Source: Setoptus koraiensis (Eukaryota; Animalia; Arthropoda). From it: a DNA stretch of 64,000 nt. Made by a program: the position numbers and the translations under genes. The stretch is from assembly GCA_048013815.1 (NCBI GenBank), contig CM106585.1, positions 17,608,001-17,672,000 of the forward strand. The letters run 5' to 3'. Position 1 is the stretch's first letter. Each line of letters opens with the position of its first letter. The notes below the pieces were generated by a model, which ran no database searches, was not told the origin of the DNA, and saw nothing but the letters and a program-made list of their open reading frames with translations. This document shows, one piece after another, positions 1 to 11,115 of this stretch.

Positions 1-885
1 CCAAAGACATGGCTACACATAATGCGCACAGAGGGTGGGGGTAGGCAATGTTTTTTCCACCGTCCAAATATTTAATCACACGGTCGCAGACGATGACCAG
101 TCCAGCCATCTCGAGCATTTTCTTCTAATGAGCATACTTTGTGCGTTTTATTTGAGCCAACTATACGGATTTACAGTGAAACTCCGACAGGGGCGTCGTC
201 GTCGCTCGAAAACACTTTTCCAAGGATAGAATGTATCGGTAGGTGTTTATCTCTTGACTGATTCATCCGTACATGTCCGTGCCGTTCAGCCATGCAAATT
301 TTTGAGTTACACTCAAATGCATAGAGCAGAAAGCTGACCAACGCCGCTCTTGCGGATCATTTTGAAAACTCGGATGAATCAAAAAGGGAATTGAAAGAGA
401 AAACATCAGATATTGAATCTAAAGGTCGGATCGGGATGGCCCAGGCTGGATCGATAGCAGCTTATAGGGGGCGAGGTTCCCTCCAGTCGGCGAACCCGGT
501 TATGCGAAATTAGTAAGCAACAAAAAACTAAATTGATTTTTTCTAGACAATCACGAATGTTATGTAAAACCATTGCTGTAAGGTCTGTTCTGTAAACTCA
601 AACGTTTGGTTTCATCCAAAACAAATATCATCTGACATTGATCAACTACTTTTTATTATTTGAAGAATTCATCGGCTCAGATTTTTGTTGAACTCTTTCG
701 GATTACATGGTTTTCTAAAAAAGCACATAGTCTGTTAATTAAACGTATCATAGTGCTCCCGGGTTTACTTGCCACGTGGATATTTCATTATTATTTTGAT
801 TCTTTTCGGCTTTTTAACAATAATACCAGAAGACTGATGATATAATGTTGCAGTATCTATTCTTCTATGAGTTTCCCTCATCATA

Positions 886-2553
886 TCACTTGGTCTGTTG
901 TTTATCTCCAGCTAGAGCGCGGCTTGCTAGAAAATTCTCAAACTCGGAGTTGGGTATGGATATTTGCTCAGAGCTTGAAAGTTGATTGTTAGAGTCAGTA
1001 GCTAACCACTTTTCTATCTCCTCAAAATCTTGCTCACGGACAGATGATATTTCTTCTGGTAATCTTGTAGAAGAGTTTGGAGTTGCTGTAGTTGCAACAG
1101 GTGTTATGTTCTTATTAAGTGACATTTTGTTTAAATTAGTTGCCACTTCTTCGACAGGCTCGTAGTTCGTCGGGCCCTTGCGATCACTATAGATGGAAGA
1201 TCTAGATTGTGCAAAAATATCGAAATCCGGATCTTCCGAAGTTCTAGTAGATGTGTTAGTTTTCGAGCTTGTCTGCTCGCCTCCCTCAGTGGATGATTTC
1301 GCTATTGAGCTGAGAACTGGGCCCACCGAATCTTTGACTAGTTGCTGTTTACTTGCGACACCTGATCTCTCGCTCTTGTCGCCACCACTGGCATCTTCAT
1401 CTTTAAAATCTATCAATGACAATTCAGTAGGCTGCTTTGGCGATGGAATGAACGGGGTGTTACTGGTTGTGCTCGACGCTTTAACAGGAGATGTTTCCGT
1501 TGTGCTTTTGATAGCTGGTTGCTCTTGATTCGAAGCTGCTGCCTTAGATGAGCTCTGTTGCTTCTTTAATAGTCGCTCATATTTAACGAAAGCATTATTC
1601 AGCTCATCGTTCAATCTTAGCAATTCGATGGTTAGATTTTCATTGGCTACCCATTCAATGAGATCCACGATGCGCACTTTCATTTGCCGACAACTATTAT
1701 TGAGTTCTTCTAACAAATTCCATTCTTCGGCATCATTTTTCACTGTTATTTGGCTCAGGATTTCATTGAAAACGTTTACACTAGATTGAACGACACTCAA
1801 ATCTTGACTGATTTTGTTATAACCCTCACTGTCCAACATGACAGGCGTATCTGGGTGTTGTTGTTGTTGCTGCTGTTGTGGCGAAGCAATTCTTCTAGGT
1901 TGGTTCATATTGTCGTAAAGATTTCCACTAAATATTTGCGTGGGACTGTCAGGACTACTACCACGATTATTCGAATTCAAGATTGCTACTGTTGGTTGGT
2001 GATCTCTGCTATTGGGTGACGAAGAATAAGTGGCACTACTACGGGGTGTTTGGATGGGTGCCAGAGTGTCAAAATTTTGTGGCGGAAAAGTGATGCCTTT
2101 AGCTTTTAATTCGTGATAAACTTTGACTACGCCTTGTAATTCTGGTTGTGTGTCGAATGCGTCTGCCCAGCGTTCAATTAAACTCAATACGCGCTCTTGT
2201 AACTCGATTGGTGGATCGTTTTTGGGTCCTATCAATTTAATTAACTCCTGAATAAAATCCTTATTCATACACAATATGTGAAAACGAAGATTACAATTAT
2301 TGACGCAAGTTTCCAATACTGTTATTGTGCGATAAATAACATTAAAATTTTTACTTGAATCTACGATCAATCTTTTTTTAATAGCACGTATTGCATCCCT
2401 AGCTCCGTCATCTGTTTCATTGATGATGTCACAAATTTCTAAATTTAACACCCAATTGTCCTCTTTCAATCCTGGATCTGTGGCTTGCTCAATTTTTCTA
2501 CCCACAAGCGTTGTCATGGGATTACCACTGAAAATTTGCATAAAATCTGTCAT
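886..2553 (-). CDS. TOM1: Target of Myb1 (TOM1/TOM1L2)-like endosomal adaptor, VHS + GAT domains, ~555 aa, intronless CDS
   Basis: VHS domain (GNPMTTLVGRKIEQATD...NWVLNLEICDIINETDDGARDAIRAIKKRL), GAT domain (ELNNSCRQMKVRIVDLI...ELLRLNDELNNAFVKYER), clathrin-box-like LIDF, DFDIFAQSR and C-terminal SEFENFLASRA motifs. First in-frame ATG at 2553; the ORF-track start at 2676 is a TTG. Confidence 0.93.
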   Translation of the reverse strand: MTDFMQIFSGNPMTTLVGRKIEQATDPGLKEDNWVLNLEICDIINETDDGARDAIRAIKKRLIVDSSKNFNVIYRTITVLETCVNNCNLRFHILCMNKDFIQELIKLIGPKNDPPIELQERVLSLIERWADAFDTQPELQGVVKVYHELKAKGITFPPQNFDTLAPIQTPRSSATYSSSPNSRDHQPTVAILNSNNRGSSPDSPTQIFSGNLYDNMNQPRRIASPQQQQQQQHPDTPVMLDSEGYNKISQDLSVVQSSVNVFNEILSQITVKNDAEEWNLLEELNNSCRQMKVRIVDLIEWVANENLTIELLRLNDELNNAFVKYERLLKKQQSSSKAAASNQEQPAIKSTTETSPVKASSTTSNTPFIPSPKQPTELSLIDFKDEDASGGDKSERSGVASKQQLVKDSVGPVLSSIAKSSTEGGEQTSSKTNTSTRTSEDPDFDIFAQSRSSIYSDRKGPTNYEPVEEVATNLNKMSLNKNITPVATTATPNSSTRLPEEISSVREQDFEEIEKWLATDSNNQLSSSEQISIPNSEFENFLASRALAGDKQQTK

Positions 2554-3550
2554 CTTCTGATTGATGTCTTCCACTGTATAATGGAGCCATTGTTTGTTTA
2601 TTTGTTTGAATGAATGGATGGATAATTGGTACCAGTTGGCGATAGTAATAATTGCAGAATTGTAGTAAACAAACAAATAAAATATTATTGAGAAAAGTTA
2701 TTACATGAATGTGTGATTATAAGGATGTCTGACTATAAACGAATGTCGTCAAAACTGAGCTACATGCAGTTGTTTTAGAATTGTGTCGGGTAGTTTACGG
2801 CATTTGCGACTATAACTAGGCCAACGACAGCAATAATAAACTTGCAATAATAGAGCACATTATGATCATGGATAACAATACAATGAGGTTGGGTGTATAG
2901 AGCAAGTAAAGTTGATGTCTAAAGCTTAGGCTGGCTGGTTGGTACAGACTAATTAGCTGCCCAATACTTACTTGAGTTCGAAAGGTGATGGTTCTACTAG
3001 TTGTACACTGACAGGATGATAACTACTCAAGGGGGTGGGCAATAACAACAACAACAAGGATAACAGGCAACAACAGCAGCATAAAACAATGACAGTTACC
3101 TTGTGTAGGCAGCTTATCCGCTGACGAAACACGATTGCTATTCTTCAAGTTGTTGTTGTTCTGCTCTAGCTTTTGTTGCTATTGTTGCTGTTACTGATGT
3201 CCTTATTGTAGCTGCTGTTGTTGTAACATAATATTATGTTACACTAACCATACCAATATAATGTTGACAATGTCAGATGATTGATCGGCTATCAATAATA
3301 AAATAAAACCAGTGACACTAAACAACAATACAACAATGTATTTGCTGACACTGCTGCGACAAACTACCGCGCCGCCGCGAATTTCGAATTGAAATTGACG
3401 GATTCTCAATGAGAATTGAATTAAAGCGTGCAACGGTTCTACAAGAAAAGAGTTATTGAAAAGTCAGTAAGTGTAGGAAGAAATGGGTGGCTACATAGTG
3501 TGGCCTATGATTGCGTTGAGAGACTTGGGTTTCTTTACTTCTATTGGAAA

Positions 3551-4624
3551 TCAGTCGATAGGTAATGATTCTATCAGAGAGTCTATTTTGCGATACATGA
3601 TAAGGAGATTTTTTACCTCTATGAAACTCTGATTACGCATTAAAGTTAACAGAACACGGCCATTGCAAGGATCTAATCGACCATCTATACATGCTTGGCA
3701 CTCCTCCATTAATTTGTCGAAGAAATTAGTATGATGGTCCGATATCAATATTTTGTCCTCTTTGATGCTGTTCAATTGTGTTGTTAGTTCCTCAGCAGTG
3801 TACACTCTCGGATTATAACTTAAATAAGCTAGATCGTCCTTTTTAAGGTGTCTCAAGTATGCATCGGCGTCCAACTTATTGTGCATGGTAATTTCCATTT
3901 GTGGTGTATCGAGAGAATTGTCATGATTTGTTGTATCGTGTGTGTCGTCCGTTGTATCTGTGTGTTGTTCTGTTGGCTTTGTGAGTTGTTCGTTTGATGA
4001 ATTTGCATCTTGAATCACTGGAGACATTTCGGTTTGGCCACTAATGTTGTCGGTATTATCATCTTGTTCACTGGCAATACAATTTATTGCCTCTTCTGTT
4101 TCATCAGATTCAATTTCCATTTGAGAAGGTTGTTCGCGGGACAATCTTCTTACCATTCTGAGAGATTCCTTGCGCAGGGCCTCCAATGGACTTGGATCGC
4201 ATGCGAAGCATATAAATGGAAAGGCAATGTTATGCTTATGCTGATAGTTGGGCAGATTTCGCGATATACAATCCTGACAGAAGGCATAGTGGCACTTTTT
4301 GCCAGCATAATGGTCCATATTAGCGCAAACTAATAACTCGCCGCCATCCATACACCAGCGACAGTAGTTTTCGTCGCCAAAATCGTCCGCGTAGTCCTCA
4401 AGAACACTGAAGTCTCCGTCGCCGTATGAATCGTGGCAGCGCTTGCAAACTAAAACTGAGAGCAACGGATGAAGGCAGGCATCAAAACAACTAACTATGG
4501 CTCGCTTACAAGAGGTACACTGATTTTCAGCTGTTGAATATGACAACTGGCCAACAATGTCGGTATCCTGACTGTTGGCGTCATCTGAAATCTTTGTTTG
4601 TGACTGTCCCAATGAACTAACCAT
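3551..4624 (-). CDS. Stand-alone ATRX-type ADD-domain protein (GATA-like + PHD zinc fingers), 357 aa, no helicase domain
   Basis: CTSC...HPLLSVLVCKRC followed by YCRWCMDGGELLVC...CHYAFCQDCISRNL...ICFACDP matches the ATRX ADD pattern (CRWCxxGGxLxCC...AFCxxCIxRNL) rather than DNMT3. ATG at 4624, TGA at 3551-3553. Confidence 0.85.
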   Translation of the reverse strand: MVSSLGQSQTKISDDANSQDTDIVGQLSYSTAENQCTSCKRAIVSCFDACLHPLLSVLVCKRCHDSYGDGDFSVLEDYADDFGDENYCRWCMDGGELLVCANMDHYAGKKCHYAFCQDCISRNLPNYQHKHNIAFPFICFACDPSPLEALRKESLRMVRRLSREQPSQMEIESDETEEAINCIASEQDDNTDNISGQTEMSPVIQDANSSNEQLTKPTEQHTDTTDDTHDTTNHDNSLDTPQMEITMHNKLDADAYLRHLKKDDLAYLSYNPRVYTAEELTTQLNSIKEDKILISDHHTNFFDKLMEECQACIDGRLDPCNGRVLLTLMRNQSFIEVKNLLIMYRKIDSLIESLPID

Positions 4625-5318
4625 TATTGCTCTTGTATTACTATTAATTGTACTATTATGATTATAATATAATATTAACGCGTATGTATATTATTGTTCT
4701 TGTCGTTTACTTATAAATTAAATTTTGTCCTTGTTTCTAAATCTATTGTTTGTGTCGCTGATACTGTGTTGTTGTTATTGTTGTTGATGTAATAATAACA
4801 ATGATAATTGTGGCTATTTGTTTCACATGTTAGGGCTTCTTACTGATGACGAGAACAGTGGGATAATCGACAGTTAGCAAATGCGTGCATTTTGTGAATA
4901 ACAGAGAGAACGTGCAAGGTTGTTATAAACATGTCGTTGCGCCCTAATCATCGCCCGATCATTGCTGCGGAACAGTAAGACTCTCGGATTATTGCGAATG
5001 TAGTTCAAAGCCTGACAAACAATCACGTTTTCAATTACTGACTTGTGAGATGTTCAATGTTTTCATTTGTTTCTGCATAAGCTTTTTCGTCACTTTCATA
5101 CGCATGGCGCGAGAGTTTAAATAACGTTCACGCAAATACGCATTACGTGATGCGTACCAACTTGAATCAATAACTTTCCGTTGTGTGTCTCCAACACCAA
5201 TCACCATTACAATTATCACCGAAACATTTCTAAGACTAATTAAAAATAACTGTATGCTATTGTATTCCGAAAAACAATTCACAGTGGCAAAGTGAGCATC
5301 TTTAATTTGATACGCAGT

Positions 5319-6068
5319 TCAATTGATGCTCGCCATAGCGGCGTCAATCAATAACTCTATGGACAACTTTAGAGACTCCTTTATTTCTTCCAGGGAGAAT
5401 TTATCCGTGTTTGGTATGTGTATAAATACGGCGCTTGAATTTTGACACAAAGATTTGTGATATATGTACTCGCAAACATATAAACCTGCGTCATGGCTCT
5501 GCATTGCATCCAGCTTGATACGACCCTCTTGTTTGGCCCTCTTCAGTTTATCCACAACAACGTTTAAATTTAGACAAGTACTTGAAGTATTTTTAGCCGT
5601 TTGAGAGTTGTCTTCAATAACAGCGCTCTTGTTGTTTATATCACCAGCACTGTTTATATCAATTGTTGTATCTAAACTATTTGCGCTGTCAACTGTCTCG
5701 GTCAATTGTTTTGTGGCTCGATGTTGACTGCATACCGGGTAGCATCCAGTGACATCAGCATGCAAATATGGACCCGACCTAGCGCAAGTCTCCAGCCTGA
5801 GTTCGCCATATTGAGCGGCCAATCCTACGTGAATCATTAATAGTGGCTTATATGTTGACCATAATTCTGGAATAGTAACATCTACTGTATCATAGGCAAC
5901 TGTAACTTGTTTCACTATCACATTAACAGGTCTGTCTATATTGATTGGATCCTTGATTGCCTCCCATGACGGATTGACTGAATGATCGCGAAACGGTCCA
6001 AATCCGGTAATAACAACATTCTTTCTGTCTCTGTCGCCACAACAGCCTGCATCGCTGAAGCTGCCCAT
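5319..6068 (-). CDS. PGPEP1: Pyroglutamyl-peptidase I (peptidase C15), 249 aa
   Basis: VVITGFGPFRDHSVNPSWEA, IHVGLA, RLET (catalytic Glu), SHDAGLYVCEYIY (catalytic Cys), VFIHIP (catalytic His); carries a ~45 aa low-complexity insert. Confidence 0.93.
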   Translation of the reverse strand: MGSFSDAGCCGDRDRKNVVITGFGPFRDHSVNPSWEAIKDPINIDRPVNVIVKQVTVAYDTVDVTIPELWSTYKPLLMIHVGLAAQYGELRLETCARSGPYLHADVTGCYPVCSQHRATKQLTETVDSANSLDTTIDINSAGDINNKSAVIEDNSQTAKNTSSTCLNLNVVVDKLKRAKQEGRIKLDAMQSHDAGLYVCEYIYHKSLCQNSSAVFIHIPNTDKFSLEEIKESLKLSIELLIDAAMASIN

Positions 6069-8561
6069 TTTGAGTGCAAGCAGAGGTCAACGCCAAAGAA
6101 ATCTATACGACGGTAAATAGTAAATACGAATAAAATTGAAATAAAAATAAATGATGACAATATAAAATGTATTGACGATTCTGCACGATTCTGGCAATAT
6201 TGCAGATAGTGAGCGTTTCGTCATGATAATTCTCCCTTGTTGTTATGATTTTGTTAAGTTGAGAAAGCGTCCGCGAGGAGCGCTGGTGACGCTTTGTGTT
6301 GTTGGTGTCAGCGTACAATTATTAGCTTGACAGGGCTCGAAATGGAGAAGCTTGTTGATTTTGGTTGCTCAACAATATCGATTAATCGTTGGCTTCGTTT
6401 TCATTCGTGACCGTCAGTATTGAGACAAACCAATTTATTTAACCATTTAAAAAAAATTAGTGTCGTAATTACTGATGCAACGACCTGCTTTGCCTGTTGC
6501 CCGGGCATTGCGACTAGCGGAAGTTGAGGTGCCGCGTATAGCAACATTGTGCAATACTCGTGGCCAACTTACATGGCGAGATTGCTTGATTTATAAATGG
6601 TATACACACAGAATAATAATAAAAATCTGCCTAGAAATATCTGTGGATGTACATGTATGGATATATCCAAACGCATATAGATATATCCACATATAGAATA
6701 GATGCATCTGCAGACATGGGCATGTCAAGCTCTGATTGTCACCTGAGTGTGACAAGTGCGCCACCTCATTGTGGCTCACCTATTGCGGCAATGTGGCAAG
6801 AAGGTGACTCAACATTTATGGCAAAATATGGTGTTGAATGGCAAAATAATGGCAACTCGTTATTTCTCAATAATAAATAGCGGGTAATCAGTTTTTCATG
6901 ACAAGTGAATGATTTAAGCGTCAGTTGGTTGACTTGCATCATTGGTGGCAAGCTCGCAAACTCACTAACTGGCTGATGGTGCCAGATTTTTGATATGACT
7001 GTTTTTGTGAGTCATCGTAAGCGTTATTGTCATCATCTTGTTAACAAATTCTAGACAAATGCCCGTCATATCACCAAACCGGCTGAACTGAGTGAATTAC
7101 AGAGCTGAAGAGCTCGAGAGAATCGACACACCACTTCTTGTGTGTGTGTGTATTTTATCTATCTACCGTTCTGACTGTCGTTTTATGGTGCGCTGCGGCT
7201 GAGATGACTCGAGTTATAATGAGGACACACAAACAAACACACGAGAGGCACAAAATCAAACACACTGGCGAATTCTCGCCAGCAACACAACAAATGTTGT
7301 TGTTGTTGTCGCCGTTGTCGCCGTTGTCGCTGTTGTCGTTGTTGTTGTTGTTGTTGTTGTTGTCATAACGGCGACTTGAACAACTGCTTCGTTTGCTAGA
7401 TATGGTGGCACCGTTTCAACGTGTTTACCGTTTCGTCTGGCGTGTGATCTTGCGACGCGACAATAAGCGAGCAAACGGGCAAGCTGGCGATAGTAAAAAG
7501 TGAAACTATACCCACTGTATTACGTAACTAACGCGCACTATCGGACATTGTCATGGGTGATTGTTGATGTGTGTGTGTGTGTGTGTGTGTGTGACAAAAT
7601 CGTTAGTTATTACTTTGGCCCATAACTCTCCGGCCTGGCGCCGCTCTCGGATATATAACTTGAGTTGTATAACTCGAGTTATATAACTCGAGTTACATAG
7701 CGGGCCGGCGGGCCAGTGGGCGAGTATCGGCCAGTTATACAGCAGTGGGCGGGCGCAAGCCAGATATATGGCTCATGTGGCGCCTATATATCTGTATATC
7801 TGTAAATCTGCAATCTAGATAGATAGTAGAGAGCGAGCCAGCGAGAGGGCGAGAGATTTGAAATTGAGAGATGGCCATTGTCTCGCGGCACTTTTCTTTA
7901 CAATGGTCATTGAGTCTTGGTCGGGCCGCGTCATATCTTGCCCGCGCCTCTCTGGCGGCGTCCGTGGCGGCGTCCGTGGCAGCGTCTGCGGCAGTGTGCC
8001 CGTGCCAGTCAGTTATCCAGCCCGGCCTGGCCGGCGAGCAATCACAGCCAGTTGAATGAGAGCGCCGGTTGAGCGTGCTGAGTTTTGTTTGCACGCACCG
8101 AAGCTACAGAGAAAACATCTCTCAATCTGACGTGTCTATTCTGATCTATTCACGAGGCATTTGGATAAATGCTCGCACCAAGTTGTCACTGGCAACACTA
8201 GCGGCGAGCGTCGTTTAAATTAGATATCACAAATGGTGACACCAGTCGCAGAATAACGGGCCAGCCGCGGCAGCAGCTCATTTCATCATTTTATGAGCTC
8301 GAGTTGGGCCCGGCTAGCAGGCTGGCAGGCTGGCAGGCTGGCAGGCTGGCTCGCTGGCAGGCTCTGTGTCTGGCTGGGGCCTGACGGGGGCCCAAGTCGC
8401 GCTGGCTGGCTGGCACGCACGCACGTCTGCACCCACGCAGCGCCAGCAGTGACGGTGAAAAAAACCTAGCAAGACTCGTCGAGTTATGAAGAAGAATGAT
8501 GATGATTGTTGATATCGTGTGGTGCGCGCTAACGTTTCTGGTCGACGCAAGCGAGGCCCGC

Positions 8562-8705
8562 GTTCGGTTCGGTTCAGTTTGGTTTGGTTCAGTTTGGTTT
8601 GGTTCAGTTTGGTTTGGTTTGGTTTGGTTCGGTTCGGTTCGGTTCGGTTTGGCTCGGTTCGATTCGATTCAGTTCAATTCGGTTCAGTTAAGTTCGGCTC
8701 GGCTC
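8562..8705. repeat. (GGTTC/GGTTT/AGTTT)n degenerate pentanucleotide tract
   Basis: Read directly from the sequence. Confidence 0.9.
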
Positions 8706-9786
8706 GCCTCGATTCGAGGCGATTCGCTTCGATTCCATTCTATTCTATTCTTCGATTTCGTCGCTCTTCCTCCCTTCGCCCGTTCGGCATGGCGCCCACT
8801 GCGCCCATTGCGCCCACTCGCCATTTCGCCCGTTCGCCCACTCGCGTTCGGAGAAGAATCGCTCGCTGTTGCGTGTGCCGATTGCGGCCCCGATTCCTGC
8901 TCGTGGCTCTATTGTAAAAGCAAAACGATGAGGAGTCCCTACTAAGACATAATAAGTAGTTTTTCTTGTCATTCATTTAGACTATCTCTATCGCTCTGCG
9001 GCTGTCTAAATAAAATAGACGGTATAACCAGCATAGATGTTTAGATTAAATCTATTTCTCCCGCTCCCGCTCTCGCTGTCTGCCTGTGTCTCGCGCCGTG
9101 TCTCGCGCTGTCTCTGTCCCAATGTCTCGCACTGTCTCGCACTGTCTCGCCGGCCGTCGCTCGCTCGATGGCTCGATGCTCGATGCTCGAAATGCTGATT
9201 CTTTTAGGTTTCATCATCGATCACAACGATTTGAAAATTGTGCCCAATGATTGTCGTTCATATCTCAACTGGGCCCGGCGTTGTCGCCCTCGGCGCACCG
9301 AACGCGACACCAGTGCAACTGGCGCTCGCTTGTTAGGCCAACGCTGGCTCTTGATAAGAGCAGATAAGAGCGCCCCAGTAATGACAAAGATAAATTAACA
9401 ATTGAGCAACACCAACTGGCCCCCTTGCCTCGCTGGCTGGGGCCGTTCACAGACGACTGGCGACACACCATTGCTTCGCCAGCTCTCACTCACTCACTCA
9501 CTCGCTGGCTGGCTGGCTGGCTGGCTGAAAATATCGATAACACGCACAAATTTTCATCGTCGTCGTAATATCTTTGTTTGCTTAGTGTTGCGTTGCCTTG
9601 TTTTGTGTTGCGTCAGAGTGTTGCGCTGCTGCTGCTGCTGGCCCCATTTCATTCTTGTATTTTATATTCTTTGCCTCGTGGACGAACGCACCGCGTGTGT
9701 GTGCGGTGCCGCCGCGATGGGGCGCCACTCTTGCCATTCTTGCCGCTCTTGCCGCTCTTGCCGCTGTTGCCGTTCTTGCCACTCTT

Positions 9787-9840
9787 CAAGTTGCCCATGA
9801 CAAGCCACTGGCTCGCCACTGGCTTGTCATGGGCAACTTG
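9787..9840. repeat. Perfect inverted repeat, 21-bp arms, 12-nt loop
   Basis: CAAGTTGCCCATGACAAGCCA (9787-9807) / TGGCTTGTCATGGGCAACTTG (9820-9840). Confidence 0.95.
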
Positions 9841-10626
9841 CTCATGTCATTTGTCCCGTGGCTTGCCGAATGGGGCCCACTTGTGCCGTACAAGTTGTGC
9901 GACACTTATTGCCACAATAAACTGTGCCAACCGCTCGGCCAACAACTCTAATTGTTGTCTATTTATTACCTTGCTGGGCCCTTTCGAGTGGGCCAAGATT
10001 CGGCCAAGATCGACGCACTCAAACGCGAGCGACAATCGCCGACTTGGCCTGACAAATTAGCCACCAGAGTCATTTTAGAATCAAGTCGGCGGCCTCAACT
10101 GTCAGCTCACCTGTCGTTGGCTTGTTATTGTTGCTGGCGCTGCTGTCGTTGTCGTTGCTGTCGTTGTCGTTGCTGTCGTTGTTGCTGCTGCTGTTGTTGT
10201 TGTTGGTGTTGTTGCGGGCTCAGCACAAACTGCAGGCGCCACGTGAAAGTGTCAGAGAGCCAAATAATAAAGACCAATCAACTTTACATTTCACTCTGTC
10301 GCTTTCTCGCAGTCGCTCGGCGCACTTGTACGTTGGTCAGTCGGTGGCTTTTCGCCATTGTCATGTCATCTATTATATATAATATATATAGATACATATG
10401 TTACATAAGGTGCTGCGTGTAGCACCTTGTTAGCTTAGGTAACATTTTGTATTATGCATCTATATATTGTGTGTAGCGCCTTGTGTAACTGGCTGCGCTA
10501 GCTGGCGGCCAGCGGAAGAGTGGCCGCCAGCCAGTAACTAGCGAGCCGAGAAGAGCCAGCCAGAGTGCGTTTGTGTCAAGCATTATCTGACCAAAGTGAC
10601 CAAGTGCCGCTTTAAACAACTGATAC

Positions 10627-10656
10627 CAACAGCAGCAACAACAGCAACAACAGCAA

Positions 10657-10715
<59 letters not shown>

Positions 10716-10729
10716 ACAACAACAACAAC
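10627..10729. repeat. (CAACAG)n/(CAA)n microsatellite
   Basis: Read directly from the sequence. Confidence 0.95.
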
Positions 10730-11037
10730 CGCCAGGTAACTGGCCAAAGGCCGAGCCAGTGCAAGCGACAGCCAGTGATAGTGCCACACAGCGGATCAGG
10801 TCAGCCAGTTGAGTAGTTGCGTAAGCAAACAGTGCACAATTGGCGCCTCTTGGCCCCGCTGGCACGATGGTGTCGAGTCATCTCTTTCGCTCTGTGCTCG
10901 CGCTCTCGTCGCTACAGCAGCAACGATACTCTCGCCAAGACAATTGTAGCAAGACCAAGCTGCTGCTACACTTAACGCCAACTGACAGTGAATGTGTTTG
11001 CTTTTGTGTATTGGCCCCAATTGTTGTGCTGCGTCGA

Positions 11038-11038
11038 G

Positions 11039-11099
<61 letters not shown>

Positions 11100-11115
11100 C
11101 GTTGTTGTTGTTGTC
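11038..11115. repeat. (GTT)n microsatellite, ~26 units
   Basis: Read directly from the sequence. Confidence 0.95.

Noticed and set aside
1-520. Protein-like fragments on the + strand (ORF 35..229, a frame ending at ~512, possible 49-nt intron 41-89)
   Set aside because: No recognisable homology, and no consistent model can be built at the window edge.
3100-3617. ADD-TOM1 in-frame fusion protein via donor 3616, exon ~3180-3100 and acceptor 2574
   Set aside because: A phase-compatible path exists but relies on weak sites and would truncate the ADD C-terminal helix; kept only as the co-transcription hypothesis.
8562-8705. Interstitial telomeric repeat
   Set aside because: The units are GGTTC/GGTTT, not the arthropod TTAGG.
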